From assembly GCA_963722185.1 (NCBI GenBank), contig CAVRKD010000001.1:306015-370014 (forward strand): a stretch of DNA of 64,000 bases, written 5' to 3'. The stretch's first letter is position 1. Every line of letters begins with the position of its first letter. Below the pieces are notes generated by a model. The model was given only the letters and a program-made list of their open reading frames with translations. It did not search any database and was not told the origin of the DNA. Positions 50,804 through 59,350 of this stretch are shown here, in pieces. The translations under genes and the position numbers were made by a program. Source of the DNA: an uncultured Actinomycetes bacterium (GTDB taxonomy: Bacteria > Actinomycetota > Acidimicrobiia > Acidimicrobiales > JACCXE01).

Positions 50804-51791
50804 GAGTGCCGACGATCTCCCCCTAGAGGCCGGGGCCACCGGCCCCGCGGTCGTCGACCTACAACGGCGGCTTCTTGCCCAGGGTCTGCCGGTTACTGGC
50901 GAAGACGGAGTCTTCGGCGCTGAGACCGAAGCCGCTGTCAGGTCTTTTCAGGAGCTCCGCGGCCTCGTCGTCGACGGCGTGTGCGATGCCACCACGTGGT
51001 CGCGCCTCGTAGAGGCCGGCTACAAGCTGGGTAATCGCGTGCTCTACATGCGAAGCCCCATGCTGCGCGGCGACGATGTCGTCGACCTGCAACAACGCCT
51101 TAACGCGCTGGGATTCGACGCCGGCCAGATCGACGGCAGGTTCGGTCCGGACACCGAAAATGCATTGCGTTCGTTCCAGCGCAACGCCGGTCTGCTCGTC
51201 GACGGTTATTGCGGCTGGAAGTCGGTGCAGACCCTGTTGCGCCTGCGGTCCAAGGGGCCGGCCTCAGACCCGAACGCATTACGCGAATCCGTACGATTCA
51301 CGCCGACGACGCTGCGCGGCCGTCGGGTTGCACTCTGCGAGCGCGGGGGTCTAGGCGCTTTTCTTCGCGAGACGCAGCACGCGCTGGCGGGTGAAGGTGC
51401 AGTCGTAATACTATTATCACACCCCGACGACTCAATCCTCGCCGCGCAAGCGAATCTCAGCGGGGCGGAGGTCTGCCTCGGCGTGGCGCTGTCGCCCCCT
51501 GGGCACGCCTGTCGTGCCGCCTACTGGGGTGCCCACGGCACTGTCTCCCCCGCCGGCCGCCGCCTCGCCGGCCTCCTGCTCGATGAACTGTCGATCAGCG
51601 GCGCCGGCATCGACGGGCCTCCCGTGCCAATGGCGACGCCGCTCTTGCGAGAAACACGGAAGGACCTGCCAGCGGTGACCCTCGACCTTGGACCGGCCCG
51701 CTTTGCCGTCGAACGGGCCTCGACCGCGGCGGCCGCCATCGCTCGCGCAGTCACTCGCTGGGCCGATGCGCCCTGCCTCGACCTGCCATAG
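50754..51791 (+). CDS. cwlM: CwlM-like protein: two PG_binding_1 repeats + degenerate Amidase_3-like domain
   Basis: Two PG-binding repeats (GPAVVDLQRRLLAQG...DGVFGAETEAAVRSFQ and DDVVDLQQRLNALGF...DGRFGPDTENALRSFQ). C-terminal amidase-3-like fold with VALCERGG where DPGHGG is expected. The only canonical start, ATG 50754, overlaps trxA by 50 nt. Confidence 0.8.
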   Translation: MPRARASCSRSSTGISRSADDLPLEAGATGPAVVDLQRRLLAQGLPVTGEDGVFGAETEAAVRSFQELRGLVVDGVCDATTWSRLVEAGYKLGNRVLYMRSPMLRGDDVVDLQQRLNALGFDAGQIDGRFGPDTENALRSFQRNAGLLVDGYCGWKSVQTLLRLRSKGPASDPNALRESVRFTPTTLRGRRVALCERGGLGAFLRETQHALAGEGAVVILLSHPDDSILAAQANLSGAEVCLGVALSPPGHACRAAYWGAHGTVSPAGRRLAGLLLDELSISGAGIDGPPVPMATPLLRETRKDLPAVTLDLGPARFAVERASTAAAAIARAVTRWADAPCLDLP

Positions 51792-51836
51792 AGGCTTGCG
51801 GGAAGCTACTCCTCAGTAATGAGGTTCCCCACAGAC

Positions 51837-51855
51837 TTCCCCACAGCCTGGGGAA
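51837..51855 (+). terminator. Terminator-like hairpin after cwlM
   Basis: TTCCCCA-CAGCC-TGGGGAA: 7-bp stem, 5-nt loop. Confidence 0.45.
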
Positions 51856-51905
51856 ACTCGCGACGCTGAGGCTCAACCCTCAATAAAGGCAGTATTCACG
51901 GGGTC

Positions 51906-52811
51906 TTAAGCCGTGGTTGGCTCGGTGAGACGCCGGTAGATGCGCTCAAGATCCTCGAGATCGGCGAATTCGATCACGACTCGGCCTTTGTTCTTGCCCA
52001 TGTCGACCGCGACCTTCGTATCGAGCAATTCGGCCAGTAGTTCTTCCAGTTCGCGGAAGCCCGGAGGTCGCAGTCGCCGCGTCGCTGGCGTCGGCGACGA
52101 GGTTGAATTCTCGGTATCGGAATCCGCGGAGTCTTCGCTCTGATTGCTACGGGCCCGAACGGCGTCTTCGACGGCACGGACGCTCATCGATTCGGCTACC
52201 GCCCGCTTGGCCAACGCCTCCTGGAAACTGCGATCGGGTGTACCGAGCAGTGCCCGGGCGTGACCAGCGGCCAGCAGCCCGTCGGCGACCATTCGCTGCA
52301 CGCTCGGCGGCAGCTGGAACAGGCGCAGCGTATTGGTGATGGCCGCCCGGCTTTTGCCCATTCGGGTGGCCAACTCGTCGTGCGTGAGCTGGAAATCCTC
52401 GATGAGCTGCTGATACGCCGCGGCTTCCTCCAGGGGATTGAGATTTTCCCGGTGCAGATTTTCGACGAGTGCCTGCTCGAGCGACAGGGTATCGGTAGTT
52501 GTCTTGACAATTGCCGGGATCGAGACCATCCCGGCACGTTTTGCCGCGCGCCATCGCCGCTCTCCGGCGATGAGCTCGTACCGGCCGTCTTGGCCTTCGC
52601 GCACCAGGATCGGCTGCAACACCCCCAGTTCCCGTACCGACGCCGTCAACGACGCCAGTGCCTCTTCGTCGAAGTGCTTGCGCGGCTGGAGACGGTTCGG
52701 TTCCACGTGGTCTAGGGCCACGTCGATCAGGCTGGAACCCCTGTCGACCGTGACATCGGTTGGAATGAGGGCCGACAACCCTCGGCCCAGACCGCTAGGG
52801 CGCGCCACCAC
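51906..52811 (-). CDS. parB: Chromosome partitioning protein ParB
   Basis: GLGRGLSALI N-terminus, ParB box LQPILVR...ELIAGERRWRAAK, and the HTH region. Confidence 0.95.
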   Translation of the reverse strand: MVARPSGLGRGLSALIPTDVTVDRGSSLIDVALDHVEPNRLQPRKHFDEEALASLTASVRELGVLQPILVREGQDGRYELIAGERRWRAAKRAGMVSIPAIVKTTTDTLSLEQALVENLHRENLNPLEEAAAYQQLIEDFQLTHDELATRMGKSRAAITNTLRLFQLPPSVQRMVADGLLAAGHARALLGTPDRSFQEALAKRAVAESMSVRAVEDAVRARSNQSEDSADSDTENSTSSPTPATRRLRPPGFRELEELLAELLDTKVAVDMGKNKGRVVIEFADLEDLERIYRRLTEPTTA

Positions 52812-53919
52812 TGACCTCCTTTGCCAACTCCCGGTAGGCGACGGCGCCCCGGGACGTTGGATCGAACGTGAGAATTGGTTGGCCGAACGACGGTGCTTCG
52901 GAGAGCCGTACCGTTCGGGGGATCACCATGCGGCACACCTTCTCGCCGAAGTGATTACGGACTTCCTGGGCCACCTGTTCGGCCAGCTTGGTCCGGGAGT
53001 CGTACATCGTCAGCACGATGGCGCTGATTTCGAGGTTCGGATTCAGGTTGCCGCTGACCAGATTGACGTTCTTGAGCAGCTGACCGAGGCCCTCCAGGGC
53101 GTAATATTCGCACTGAATCGGAACAATTACCTCATTCGCCGCCGCCAAACCGTTCACCGTGATGAGGCCGAGCGACGGTGGGCAGTCGATGACGGTGTAG
53201 TCGAACGAGTCGTCCAGGCCCTCGATTGCCCGCCGCAGTCGCAGCTCACGGCTGAACGCGGGCACCAATTCAATGTCGGCGCCCGCCAAGTCGATGGTGG
53301 CCGGCGCCACGAAGAGATTCCGCACGGCGGTGGGCTCGACACAGTCGTCGAGCGCCACATCATGCAGCAGGACGTCGTACACCGAGTGTTCGAGGTTGCG
53401 GGGGTTGATGCCGAGACCCGTGGTGGCGTTGCCCTGCGGATCCAGGTCTATCAGGAGGACCCGGTAGCCCAACTCAGCCAGGCCGGCGCACAGGTTGACA
53501 GCTGTCGTTGTCTTACCCACTCCGCCTTTCTGATTGGCGATCGCAATGACCCGGGGGAGCGAGCGGAGCGACGCCGGGTGGGGTTTGCGACCTTCAACGG
53601 CTCCTGCGACCGGTTCGGTCGGCGGAGCCGGCGCCAGGTTGGCCGCCGCCTCCTCGATGATTTCCGACACCGAAGGGGGATCCGGCTGGAAGGCAACTTC
53701 GGGCTCGGGTTCGTGCAGCGGCGCGAGCGCGGCCGATTCCGCACCTTCGTCAACGATGTCTTCCACGACCTCGTCTGCTTCTTCTACCGGCTCCTCGACG
53801 ACCTCGTCGACCTCTTCTTGAGGCAGCTCGGGGTCAGCAGGTACCTCGGGAGACGCGCCGCGCAACCGATCGAAGATCGCCTGGCCGCGCCGAAGGATGT
53901 CCGGCTCGGGACTGCTCAT
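52795..53919 (-). CDS. parA: Chromosome partitioning ATPase ParA/Soj with ~115-aa acidic N-terminal extension
   Basis: Deviant Walker A IANQKGGVGKTTT. The N-terminal E/D/P/V-rich extension is unusual. Overlaps the parB start by 17 nt. Confidence 0.93.
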   Translation of the reverse strand: MSSPEPDILRRGQAIFDRLRGASPEVPADPELPQEEVDEVVEEPVEEADEVVEDIVDEGAESAALAPLHEPEPEVAFQPDPPSVSEIIEEAAANLAPAPPTEPVAGAVEGRKPHPASLRSLPRVIAIANQKGGVGKTTTAVNLCAGLAELGYRVLLIDLDPQGNATTGLGINPRNLEHSVYDVLLHDVALDDCVEPTAVRNLFVAPATIDLAGADIELVPAFSRELRLRRAIEGLDDSFDYTVIDCPPSLGLITVNGLAAANEVIVPIQCEYYALEGLGQLLKNVNLVSGNLNPNLEISAIVLTMYDSRTKLAEQVAQEVRNHFGEKVCRMVIPRTVRLSEAPSFGQPILTFDPTSRGAVAYRELAKEVSGGAP

Positions 53920-53972
53920 GCGCCCACACTCTCGCCCGCCAGGGACGCCAGGTCAAGGACTCATTCGCTGAA

Positions 53973-53988
53973 TGATTCCCGTGAAACA
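53973..53988. other. parS-like site (14/16 match to TGTTTCACGTGAAACA)
   Basis: TGATTCCCGTGAAACA, located 54 bp upstream of the parA start. Confidence 0.5.
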
Positions 53989-54019
53989 TATGAAATCCCA
54001 GGTCAGAGGGCTAATCGAG

Positions 54020-54640
54020 TCAGAAGAGGGGGCGTTTTGCTGCCACACCGACCCGCCGGGGGAACCTCTCCGGGCAGGGCTCGGCTTGCTCCAAGATCTG
54101 CAAGGTAGCTGTGGGAGCGAAGAGCACGTGGCCCGTTCGCATGCCCAGGTCCGCCAATCCGTCGGCGGGCCACCGGTCGGGGGCGCCGCCGGGCGGCTCG
54201 GCGATGACGGCTGTCCCGCCGACCTTAAGCAGCGGCGCGGCGTACTCGGCCGCGACCGCCGGCGCCGCCAGGGATCGAGCCACGACCACGTCGACCGACC
54301 GCGACCATCTCCCATCTCGGCCCATCTCTTCGGCGCGGGTCTCGATCACCTCTACGTCGAGACCCAGCTCGGCGACCGCTGACCGCACGAAGGCCACCCG
54401 CTTCACCATGGCGTCGACCAACACCCAAGTCAGATCGGTGCGCCACGACGCTAGTGGCAGGCCCGGCACTCCGCCTCCGGTGCCGAGGTCGACGATCAGT
54501 CCGCCGCGGCCGACGCGAGGGAGTGCGGGCAGGTACGAGCGGGCGTGCTCAATGTGGTCCCCAACCGGGCCTGGGCCGAGAAAGCCCAGGTCACGGGCCC
54601 TTTCTAGGACCCGAAGCAGGTCGTCGTCAGTGCGTGTTAT
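54020..54640 (-). CDS. rsmG: 16S rRNA (guanine527-N7)-methyltransferase RsmG/GidB; start codon unresolved
   Basis: SAM motif LIVDLGTGGGVPGLPLA and conserved upstream LGFLGPGPVGDHIEHARSY. Both lie in-frame upstream of the only canonical start (GTG 54469). The 5' limit given here is the ATA codon 2 nt after the jag stop. Confidence 0.75.
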   Translation of the reverse strand: MTRTDDDLLRVLERARDLGFLGPGPVGDHIEHARSYLPALPRVGRGGLIVDLGTGGGVPGLPLASWRTDLTWVLVDAMVKRVAFVRSAVAELGLDVEVIETRAEEMGRDGRWSRSVDVVVARSLAAPAVAAEYAAPLLKVGGTAVIAEPPGGAPDRWPADGLADLGMRTGHVLFAPTATLQILEQAEPCPERFPRRVGVAAKRPLF

Positions 54641-54642
54641 GT

Positions 54643-55629
54643 CTAGCCGACGGGCTGAGGACGCACGACCACGCGCCGCCGGGGCTCTTCGCCCTCCGAC
54701 GCCGTTTCGATGCCGTCGACGGTGGTCAGCACGTCGTGCACCACCTTGCGATCCGCCGGCGGCATCGGATCGAGACGCACGGCGACGCCGCCGCTGGTGA
54801 CCTGGTCGGCCACCTGGAGAGCGAACTTCTCGAGCGCCGCCCTTCGCTTGACCCGGTATTCAGCGACGTCGACGATCACCCAACCATCGCGCATCCCGGT
54901 TTCGCGCAGCACCGCGGTGCGCGTGAGGTCCTGGATCGCCTGAAGCGTGGCGCCCCGGGGACCAACCAACAGGCCGAGGTCATTGCCGTCGACGGCGACT
55001 TCGACCGCGGAATCATTGACTGACCGCACCCCGACGGTGGCTTCCAGCCCGAAGGCGTCGAGCAGTCCGTTCAGAAAAGTGACAGCTACTGCGCCTTGCG
55101 CTTCCAACGCCTCGACCGACACGGGTTCCCCTTGTCCTGATTCGTTATCCGACCGACGTGGCCGGCGTTCGCGTTCTCCGTTACTGCGACTTCCAGTCGC
55201 ACTACCCCCGCCGCTACGGCCACGGCCCCCGCGTCGGCGGCCGCCGCCGCTACTGCTGCGCCGTTCCGCCGTTTCCGCGTCGGGATCGGCGCTGACCTGG
55301 GCAATTGCCTCAGCCATCGCCGGATCCTTAGCGCCATTGCGGGTGCTGCGGTCGTCATCGTCGCCCGCCACCGCGACGGCGTCGGCGCTACCGGTACCGG
55401 CACTGGTCCCACCGCGCTTGGTGCGTCGGCGGCCGCCGTCCTTCGAGCGTGGCGCAGTGGGCCGCACGCGCGCGCGCACCCGAGCCTCGCCCCGCACGCG
55501 GCCGAACAGGCCGGCTTTCGGCTCCTCGATGATCTCGAACTCCGCCTCGTCGACGTCGACGCCGAGCTGGTCGAGGGCCAAGTCCTTGGCCTCTTCAACC
55601 GTTTTCGCTGTGATTTCCACCCATTCCAT
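54643..55629 (-). CDS. jag: Jag/KhpB-type RNA-binding protein (Jag_N + KH + R3H)
   Basis: MEWVEITAKTVEEAKDLALDQLGV N-domain, an Arg/Gly/Ser-rich linker, and C-terminal KH/R3H (DVAEYRVKRR..., PMPPADRKVVHDVL). Confidence 0.9.
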   Translation of the reverse strand: MEWVEITAKTVEEAKDLALDQLGVDVDEAEFEIIEEPKAGLFGRVRGEARVRARVRPTAPRSKDGGRRRTKRGGTSAGTGSADAVAVAGDDDDRSTRNGAKDPAMAEAIAQVSADPDAETAERRSSSGGGRRRGGRGRSGGGSATGSRSNGERERRPRRSDNESGQGEPVSVEALEAQGAVAVTFLNGLLDAFGLEATVGVRSVNDSAVEVAVDGNDLGLLVGPRGATLQAIQDLTRTAVLRETGMRDGWVIVDVAEYRVKRRAALEKFALQVADQVTSGGVAVRLDPMPPADRKVVHDVLTTVDGIETASEGEEPRRRVVVRPQPVG

Positions 55630-55636
55630 GGGTTGT

Positions 55637-56650
55637 CTACCTCTTTCGCTTCGAACGCTTGCGCGACGCGTTGCCGGGCCGCCCAGGCTGGGTCACGCGA
55701 CCGCTCGTCGGCTTGGAGCCGGTTGGCTTCGCCCCGTTGCCATTGGTGCTGCGCTTGTCCTTGGCGGCATCGGGCGTCGCCGCGGCGGCCCGTAGGCCGC
55801 TGAACAGGGATTTCTTAGGTTCGGCCTTCGCCGGGCCGGAAGCCGCCGTGCGGCTCTTGACCTCACGAACCTCTTCCATGTGGGCCCTCAGGTGGGGGTC
55901 GAACCGGTACATCAAGGTCTGCTGGGCAATGCGGTACAGGTTCGAGACGAAGAAGTAGAGCGTCACCCCGCCGGGAAGGGTGAACCCGAAAATGCCCGAA
56001 AACAGGGGCATAATGCGGTTCATCGCCTGCATCTGGGGGTTCATTTGGCTGGCGTTGACGTTGCGCGCTTGGGTCTGGCGCAGCTGGAAGTACGACGTCG
56101 CCACGACCAGGGCGATCAGGACGTAGAGCACGACCGAGCCGCGGCCTGCCTCGCTCGGCAAGGACGCGAAATCGACCCCGAACGACTTCATCCGGCCGCC
56201 GGACTCTCGCAGCGCTCGGTAGAGCGCGCTGTCCTCGCTGAGGTAAGACGGGTCGCCGACCATGCACTTGCCCTTGATGATCGAGCCGGCGCAGTCGACG
56301 GCCGACTTGACCTCGTCGGCGTTCTTCAGCTTGTTGATGACGTTGAACAGCACGATCATCACCGGGATCTGGGCCAGCATCGGCAGGCAGCCCGACAGCG
56401 GGTTGATCTTGTGCTCCTTGTAGAACGCCATCATCGCCTCGTTCGCGGCCTGACGATCGCCCTTGTGCATGTCTTGAATGCGCTTCATCTCGGGCTGGAG
56501 CTTCTGCATGGCCAGCATGCTGCGGGTGCCCTTGAGCGTGATCGGCGTCATGACGACCATGACCGTCAGCGTCAAGAGGATGATGGCGACGGCGTAAATG
56601 GGGACTAGGTCGTAATAAAAGGCCAGGATGCTGGCCAAGAGGTCAAACAC
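55637..56650 (-). CDS. yidC: Membrane protein insertase YidC
   Basis: Motifs KLQPEMKRIQ...YKEHKINPLSGCLPMLAQIPV and a basic C-terminal tail. Confidence 0.93.
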   Translation of the reverse strand: MFDLLASILAFYYDLVPIYAVAIILLTLTVMVVMTPITLKGTRSMLAMQKLQPEMKRIQDMHKGDRQAANEAMMAFYKEHKINPLSGCLPMLAQIPVMIVLFNVINKLKNADEVKSAVDCAGSIIKGKCMVGDPSYLSEDSALYRALRESGGRMKSFGVDFASLPSEAGRGSVVLYVLIALVVATSYFQLRQTQARNVNASQMNPQMQAMNRIMPLFSGIFGFTLPGGVTLYFFVSNLYRIAQQTLMYRFDPHLRAHMEEVREVKSRTAASGPAKAEPKKSLFSGLRAAAATPDAAKDKRSTNGNGAKPTGSKPTSGRVTQPGRPGNASRKRSKRKR

Positions 56651-56658
56651 GGTGTTCC

Positions 56659-56892
56659 TTACTTAGGACTTAGGGTCTCGGGGACGGGATCTACGCCGAA
56701 GCCTCCCCAAGGCTGGCAGCGGGCGAGTCGCTTGATGGTCAGCCACGTTCCCCGAGCCGCTCCGTGGCGCTCGAGGGCTTCGACGGCGTAGGCCGAACAG
56801 CTCGGGTGGAAGCGGCAGCGCGGCGGTCGGCCGGCGCTGAAGCCCTGGTACACGCGGATCAAGCCACGCAACGAGCGGGCGGTGCGGCTCAC
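56659..56892 (-). CDS. yidD: Membrane protein insertion efficiency factor YidD
   Basis: [15 protein letters not shown]...RCQPW motif. 77 aa. Confidence 0.9.
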   Translation of the reverse strand: MSRTARSLRGLIRVYQGFSAGRPPRCRFHPSCSAYAVEALERHGAARGTWLTIKRLARCQPWGGFGVDPVPETLSPK

Positions 56893-57212
56893 GCAGGCAC
56901 CTGCCCCGCGACGGTTTCGACGGCGTCCACGAGCTCGGAAAATGCCGCGTCGGCGGCGGACGGGTCAGCCGAGATCAGATAGAAACCGCTGGTCAGAGGT
57001 GTTGTGGCGGTGGCCACGGCGGCCCGCAGGCGGCGGCGGATGCGGTTGCGCTCCACGGCGCCGCCCGCCCTTTTGCCGATGGCATAGCCCACCCGAGCGG
57101 AGTCAGGCGCGGCGAGGTAGCGCACGCGCAAAGGACCGCTGCGCACGGTGCGACCACGCTGCGCGAGGTCGGTAAACGCACGCCGTCCCCGAAGGCGATC
57201 GACGTTCGGCAT
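56889..57212 (-). CDS. rnpA: Ribonuclease P protein component
   Basis: 107 aa with the Arg-rich RNR motif [14 protein letters not shown]. Positioned between rpmH and yidD. Confidence 0.9.
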   Translation of the reverse strand: MPNVDRLRGRRAFTDLAQRGRTVRSGPLRVRYLAAPDSARVGYAIGKRAGGAVERNRIRRRLRAAVATATTPLTSGFYLISADPSAADAAFSELVDAVETVAGQVPA

Positions 57213-57227
57213 GAGCCGGAAGCCGAA

Positions 57228-57362
57228 CTAGGCGGAGAGCTTGGCGCGGCCCTTGCGGCGCCGCGCTGAGAGGATGGCGCGACCGGCTCGAGTGGACATC
57301 CGGTGGCGGAAACCGTGGCGCGTAGCGCGCTTCTTGGCATTGGGCTGATAGGGGCGCTTCAT
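57228..57362 (-). CDS. rpmH: 50S ribosomal protein L34
   Basis: My manual translation gives [44 protein letters not shown]. It is below the ORF-track length cutoff. Confidence 0.95.
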   Translation of the reverse strand: MKRPYQPNAKKRATRHGFRHRMSTRAGRAILSARRRKGRAKLSA

Positions 57363-57499
57363 TGGAATCCTTGGCTGAAGAGACGTTGGCTGTTCCCCTT
57401 TTTGGGGGAGCAGCGGGCCGCGGATTGGCGGGCAGACGGGGCCCAGCCAACGCGACGGTGCGACAAGGCTACGTGCTCTTGGCCCGCTTTGCCAGCCGA

Positions 57500-57747
57500 G
57501 GTTGATAACGCCTGTGGATAACTGTGTTTGGCCTGGTCAGCGAGCAAATTAATCCACATCTTGCGCCTGTGGAAAACGGTGCTACGGTCGCCAGTTCGCA
57601 GTGACGGCGTCGGTGGTGGCGACGTCTCCCAGACAACCGCTTGCAATAGTTTGCTCTCCTTCCCCAAGGGCGCGCAGCAAGTAACCCGGGGGATCGTGGA
57701 CCGCAGTTGACGACGTTATCCACAGGTGTGGAGATAAGTGTGGAGAA
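57500..57747. other. DnaA-box cluster (rpmH-dnaA spacer, running into the dnaA 5' end)
   Basis: TGTGGATAA 57513..57521 (9/9), TAATCCACA 57550..57558 (8/9), TGTGGAAAA 57568..57576 (8/9), TTATCCACA 57716..57724 (9/9), TGTGGAGAT 57727..57735 (7/9), TGTGGAGAA 57739..57747 (8/9), GGTTGATAA 57500..57508 (7/9). Confidence 0.8.
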
Positions 57748-59149
57748 CCAGGACAGCGGGGAGGCGGAACGGCAGGTGACAGACGCAGAGCGGCTGTGGA
57801 AGGCGTGTGCAGACACCTTGCGAGCACAGGTGTCAGATGCGACGTGGATGGCGTGGTTTGAGGGACTTGTCCCAATTTCCAGCGACGAGCTCACCCTCAC
57901 GCTGGCGAGCCCAAGTTCGGTCGTGAAGCAACGCCTCGAGGAGCGATACCAGAACGAACTCAACGCGGCGGTAACCGACGCGCAGGGTTATCCGACCAAG
58001 GTTGTGATCGACGTGCGAGCGATCGAAGTCACGCCTGCCGCCGAACGAGCGCCCGAGAAGTTGGTCGAAGCCGTGACGGCCGACCTGTCGATCCCGCCGC
58101 CCCCGCCGGGCCGCGGCGAGCAGCGCCAACTCGATCCCGATTTCACCTTCGACGCCTTCGTCATCGGTGAGTCCAATTCGTTCGCCCACGCGGCGGCCCG
58201 CGCCGTCGCCGAGAACCCCGGGCGGGCCTACAACCCGCTGTTCGTCTACGGCGAGTCGGGCCTCGGCAAAACCCACCTCTTGCACGCCATCGGGAACTAT
58301 GTGCGCCAGAACTTCCCGCACCGCCACGTGCGCTACGTCACCACCGAGACGTTCATGAACGAGTTCGTCGACGCCATCCGCACCAACACCACCATCGCGT
58401 TCAAGCGCCGCTACCGCGAGTCCGACGTGCTCTTGATCGACGACATCCAGTTCATCGAAAGCAAGGAAGGACTCCAGGAGGAGTTCTTCCACACCTTCAA
58501 CGACCTCACCGGTGCTCGTAAGCAAGTAGTGATCACGTCCGACCGTCCGCCGAAAGACATCCCGACGCTGGAAGACCGGTTACGCAGCCGATTCGCCGCC
58601 GGCCTCCTCACCGACGTGCAGCCCCCGCAGCTCGAAACCCGCTTCGCCATCCTCCGGCGCAAGGCGGCACTGGATCCGATGGAGATCCCCGACGACGTGC
58701 TCGAGTTGATCGCCACGCACGTGAAGGACAACATCCGCGAGCTCGAAGGTGCGTTGACCCGCGTCGTCGCTTACGCCAGCCTCAACCGCCAGCCGATCAC
58801 CCTCGAGCTGGCCGAACAGCTCCTGATCGATCTGATTTCTGGCAACCAGCCACGCCAGATCACGCCGAAGCACATCCTCGACGCCACCGCCGAGACCTTC
58901 GGCTTCACCGTCGACGATCTGTGCGGGCAGAGCCGGCGCCGGCCCTTGGTAATCGCCCGCCAGGTCGGCATGTACGTGTTCCGCAACATCACCGACTTCT
59001 CGTATCCGGCCATCGCCAAAGAGTTCGGCGGCCGCGATCACACGACGGTCATCCACGCCGTCTCCAAGATCGAGGCTTTGATGAAGGAACGCCGCCAGAT
59101 CTACGACCAGGTCACCAGCCTGATCACCAAAATCAAGAGCGGGGGATGA
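57740..59149 (+). CDS. dnaA: Chromosomal replication initiator protein DnaA
   Basis: AAA+ Walker [12 protein letters not shown], Walker [10 protein letters not shown], box VII/VIII, and the C-terminal DNA-binding domain (DHTTVIHA). GTG 57740 has a GGAG RBS 6 nt upstream. TTG 57707 and GTG 57728 are alternative starts. Confidence 0.95.
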   Translation: MENQDSGEAERQVTDAERLWKACADTLRAQVSDATWMAWFEGLVPISSDELTLTLASPSSVVKQRLEERYQNELNAAVTDAQGYPTKVVIDVRAIEVTPAAERAPEKLVEAVTADLSIPPPPPGRGEQRQLDPDFTFDAFVIGESNSFAHAAARAVAENPGRAYNPLFVYGESGLGKTHLLHAIGNYVRQNFPHRHVRYVTTETFMNEFVDAIRTNTTIAFKRRYRESDVLLIDDIQFIESKEGLQEEFFHTFNDLTGARKQVVITSDRPPKDIPTLEDRLRSRFAAGLLTDVQPPQLETRFAILRRKAALDPMEIPDDVLELIATHVKDNIRELEGALTRVVAYASLNRQPITLELAEQLLIDLISGNQPRQITPKHILDATAETFGFTVDDLCGQSRRRPLVIARQVGMYVFRNITDFSYPAIAKEFGGRDHTTVIHAVSKIEALMKERRQIYDQVTSLITKIKSGG

Positions 59150-59234
59150 CCCGCGCGCTTCCTGTGGACCGCTGGGGACAAACCACACGCTTTTCGTCCC
59201 AAGTCCGGGCTGGTGTCACACCCCTGTGTGATTG

Positions 59235-59350
59235 TGTGGATAGCCCGCCTGAAACATTTCCCCGTCTGACCTGCACGAACGAGGTGTTGTTCACAATCCA
59301 CAGCACCTACTACTGCTACTGAATTTGAACTTAAAGAGTTAGGTAGGAAA
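59235..59350. other. Candidate oriC unwinding module (DnaA boxes + GC cluster + DnaA-trio-like repeats + AT-rich DUE)
   Basis: TGTGGATAG 59235..59243 (8/9), TTGTTCACA 59287..59295, CAATCCACA 59294..59302, GCAC 59303..59306. The top strand reads CTA CTA CTG CTA CTG at 59307..59321, so the bottom strand reads 3'-GAT GAT GAC GAT GAC-5'. A 29-nt tract of ~28% GC follows at 59322..59350. Confidence 0.6.

Noticed and set aside
51825-51845. Two copies of TTCCCCACA spaced 12 bp apart in the cwlM-parB spacer, considered as DnaA boxes.
   Set aside because: Only 7/9 match. The second copy is simply the left arm of the cwlM terminator-like hairpin (51837..51855).
52696-52711. CCACGTGG palindrome (GGTTCCACGTGGTCTA) inside the parB 5' region, considered as a parS candidate.
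   Set aside because: Only about 10 of 16 positions match the parS consensus, and the right half is not conserved. It is probably a chance GC-rich palindrome.
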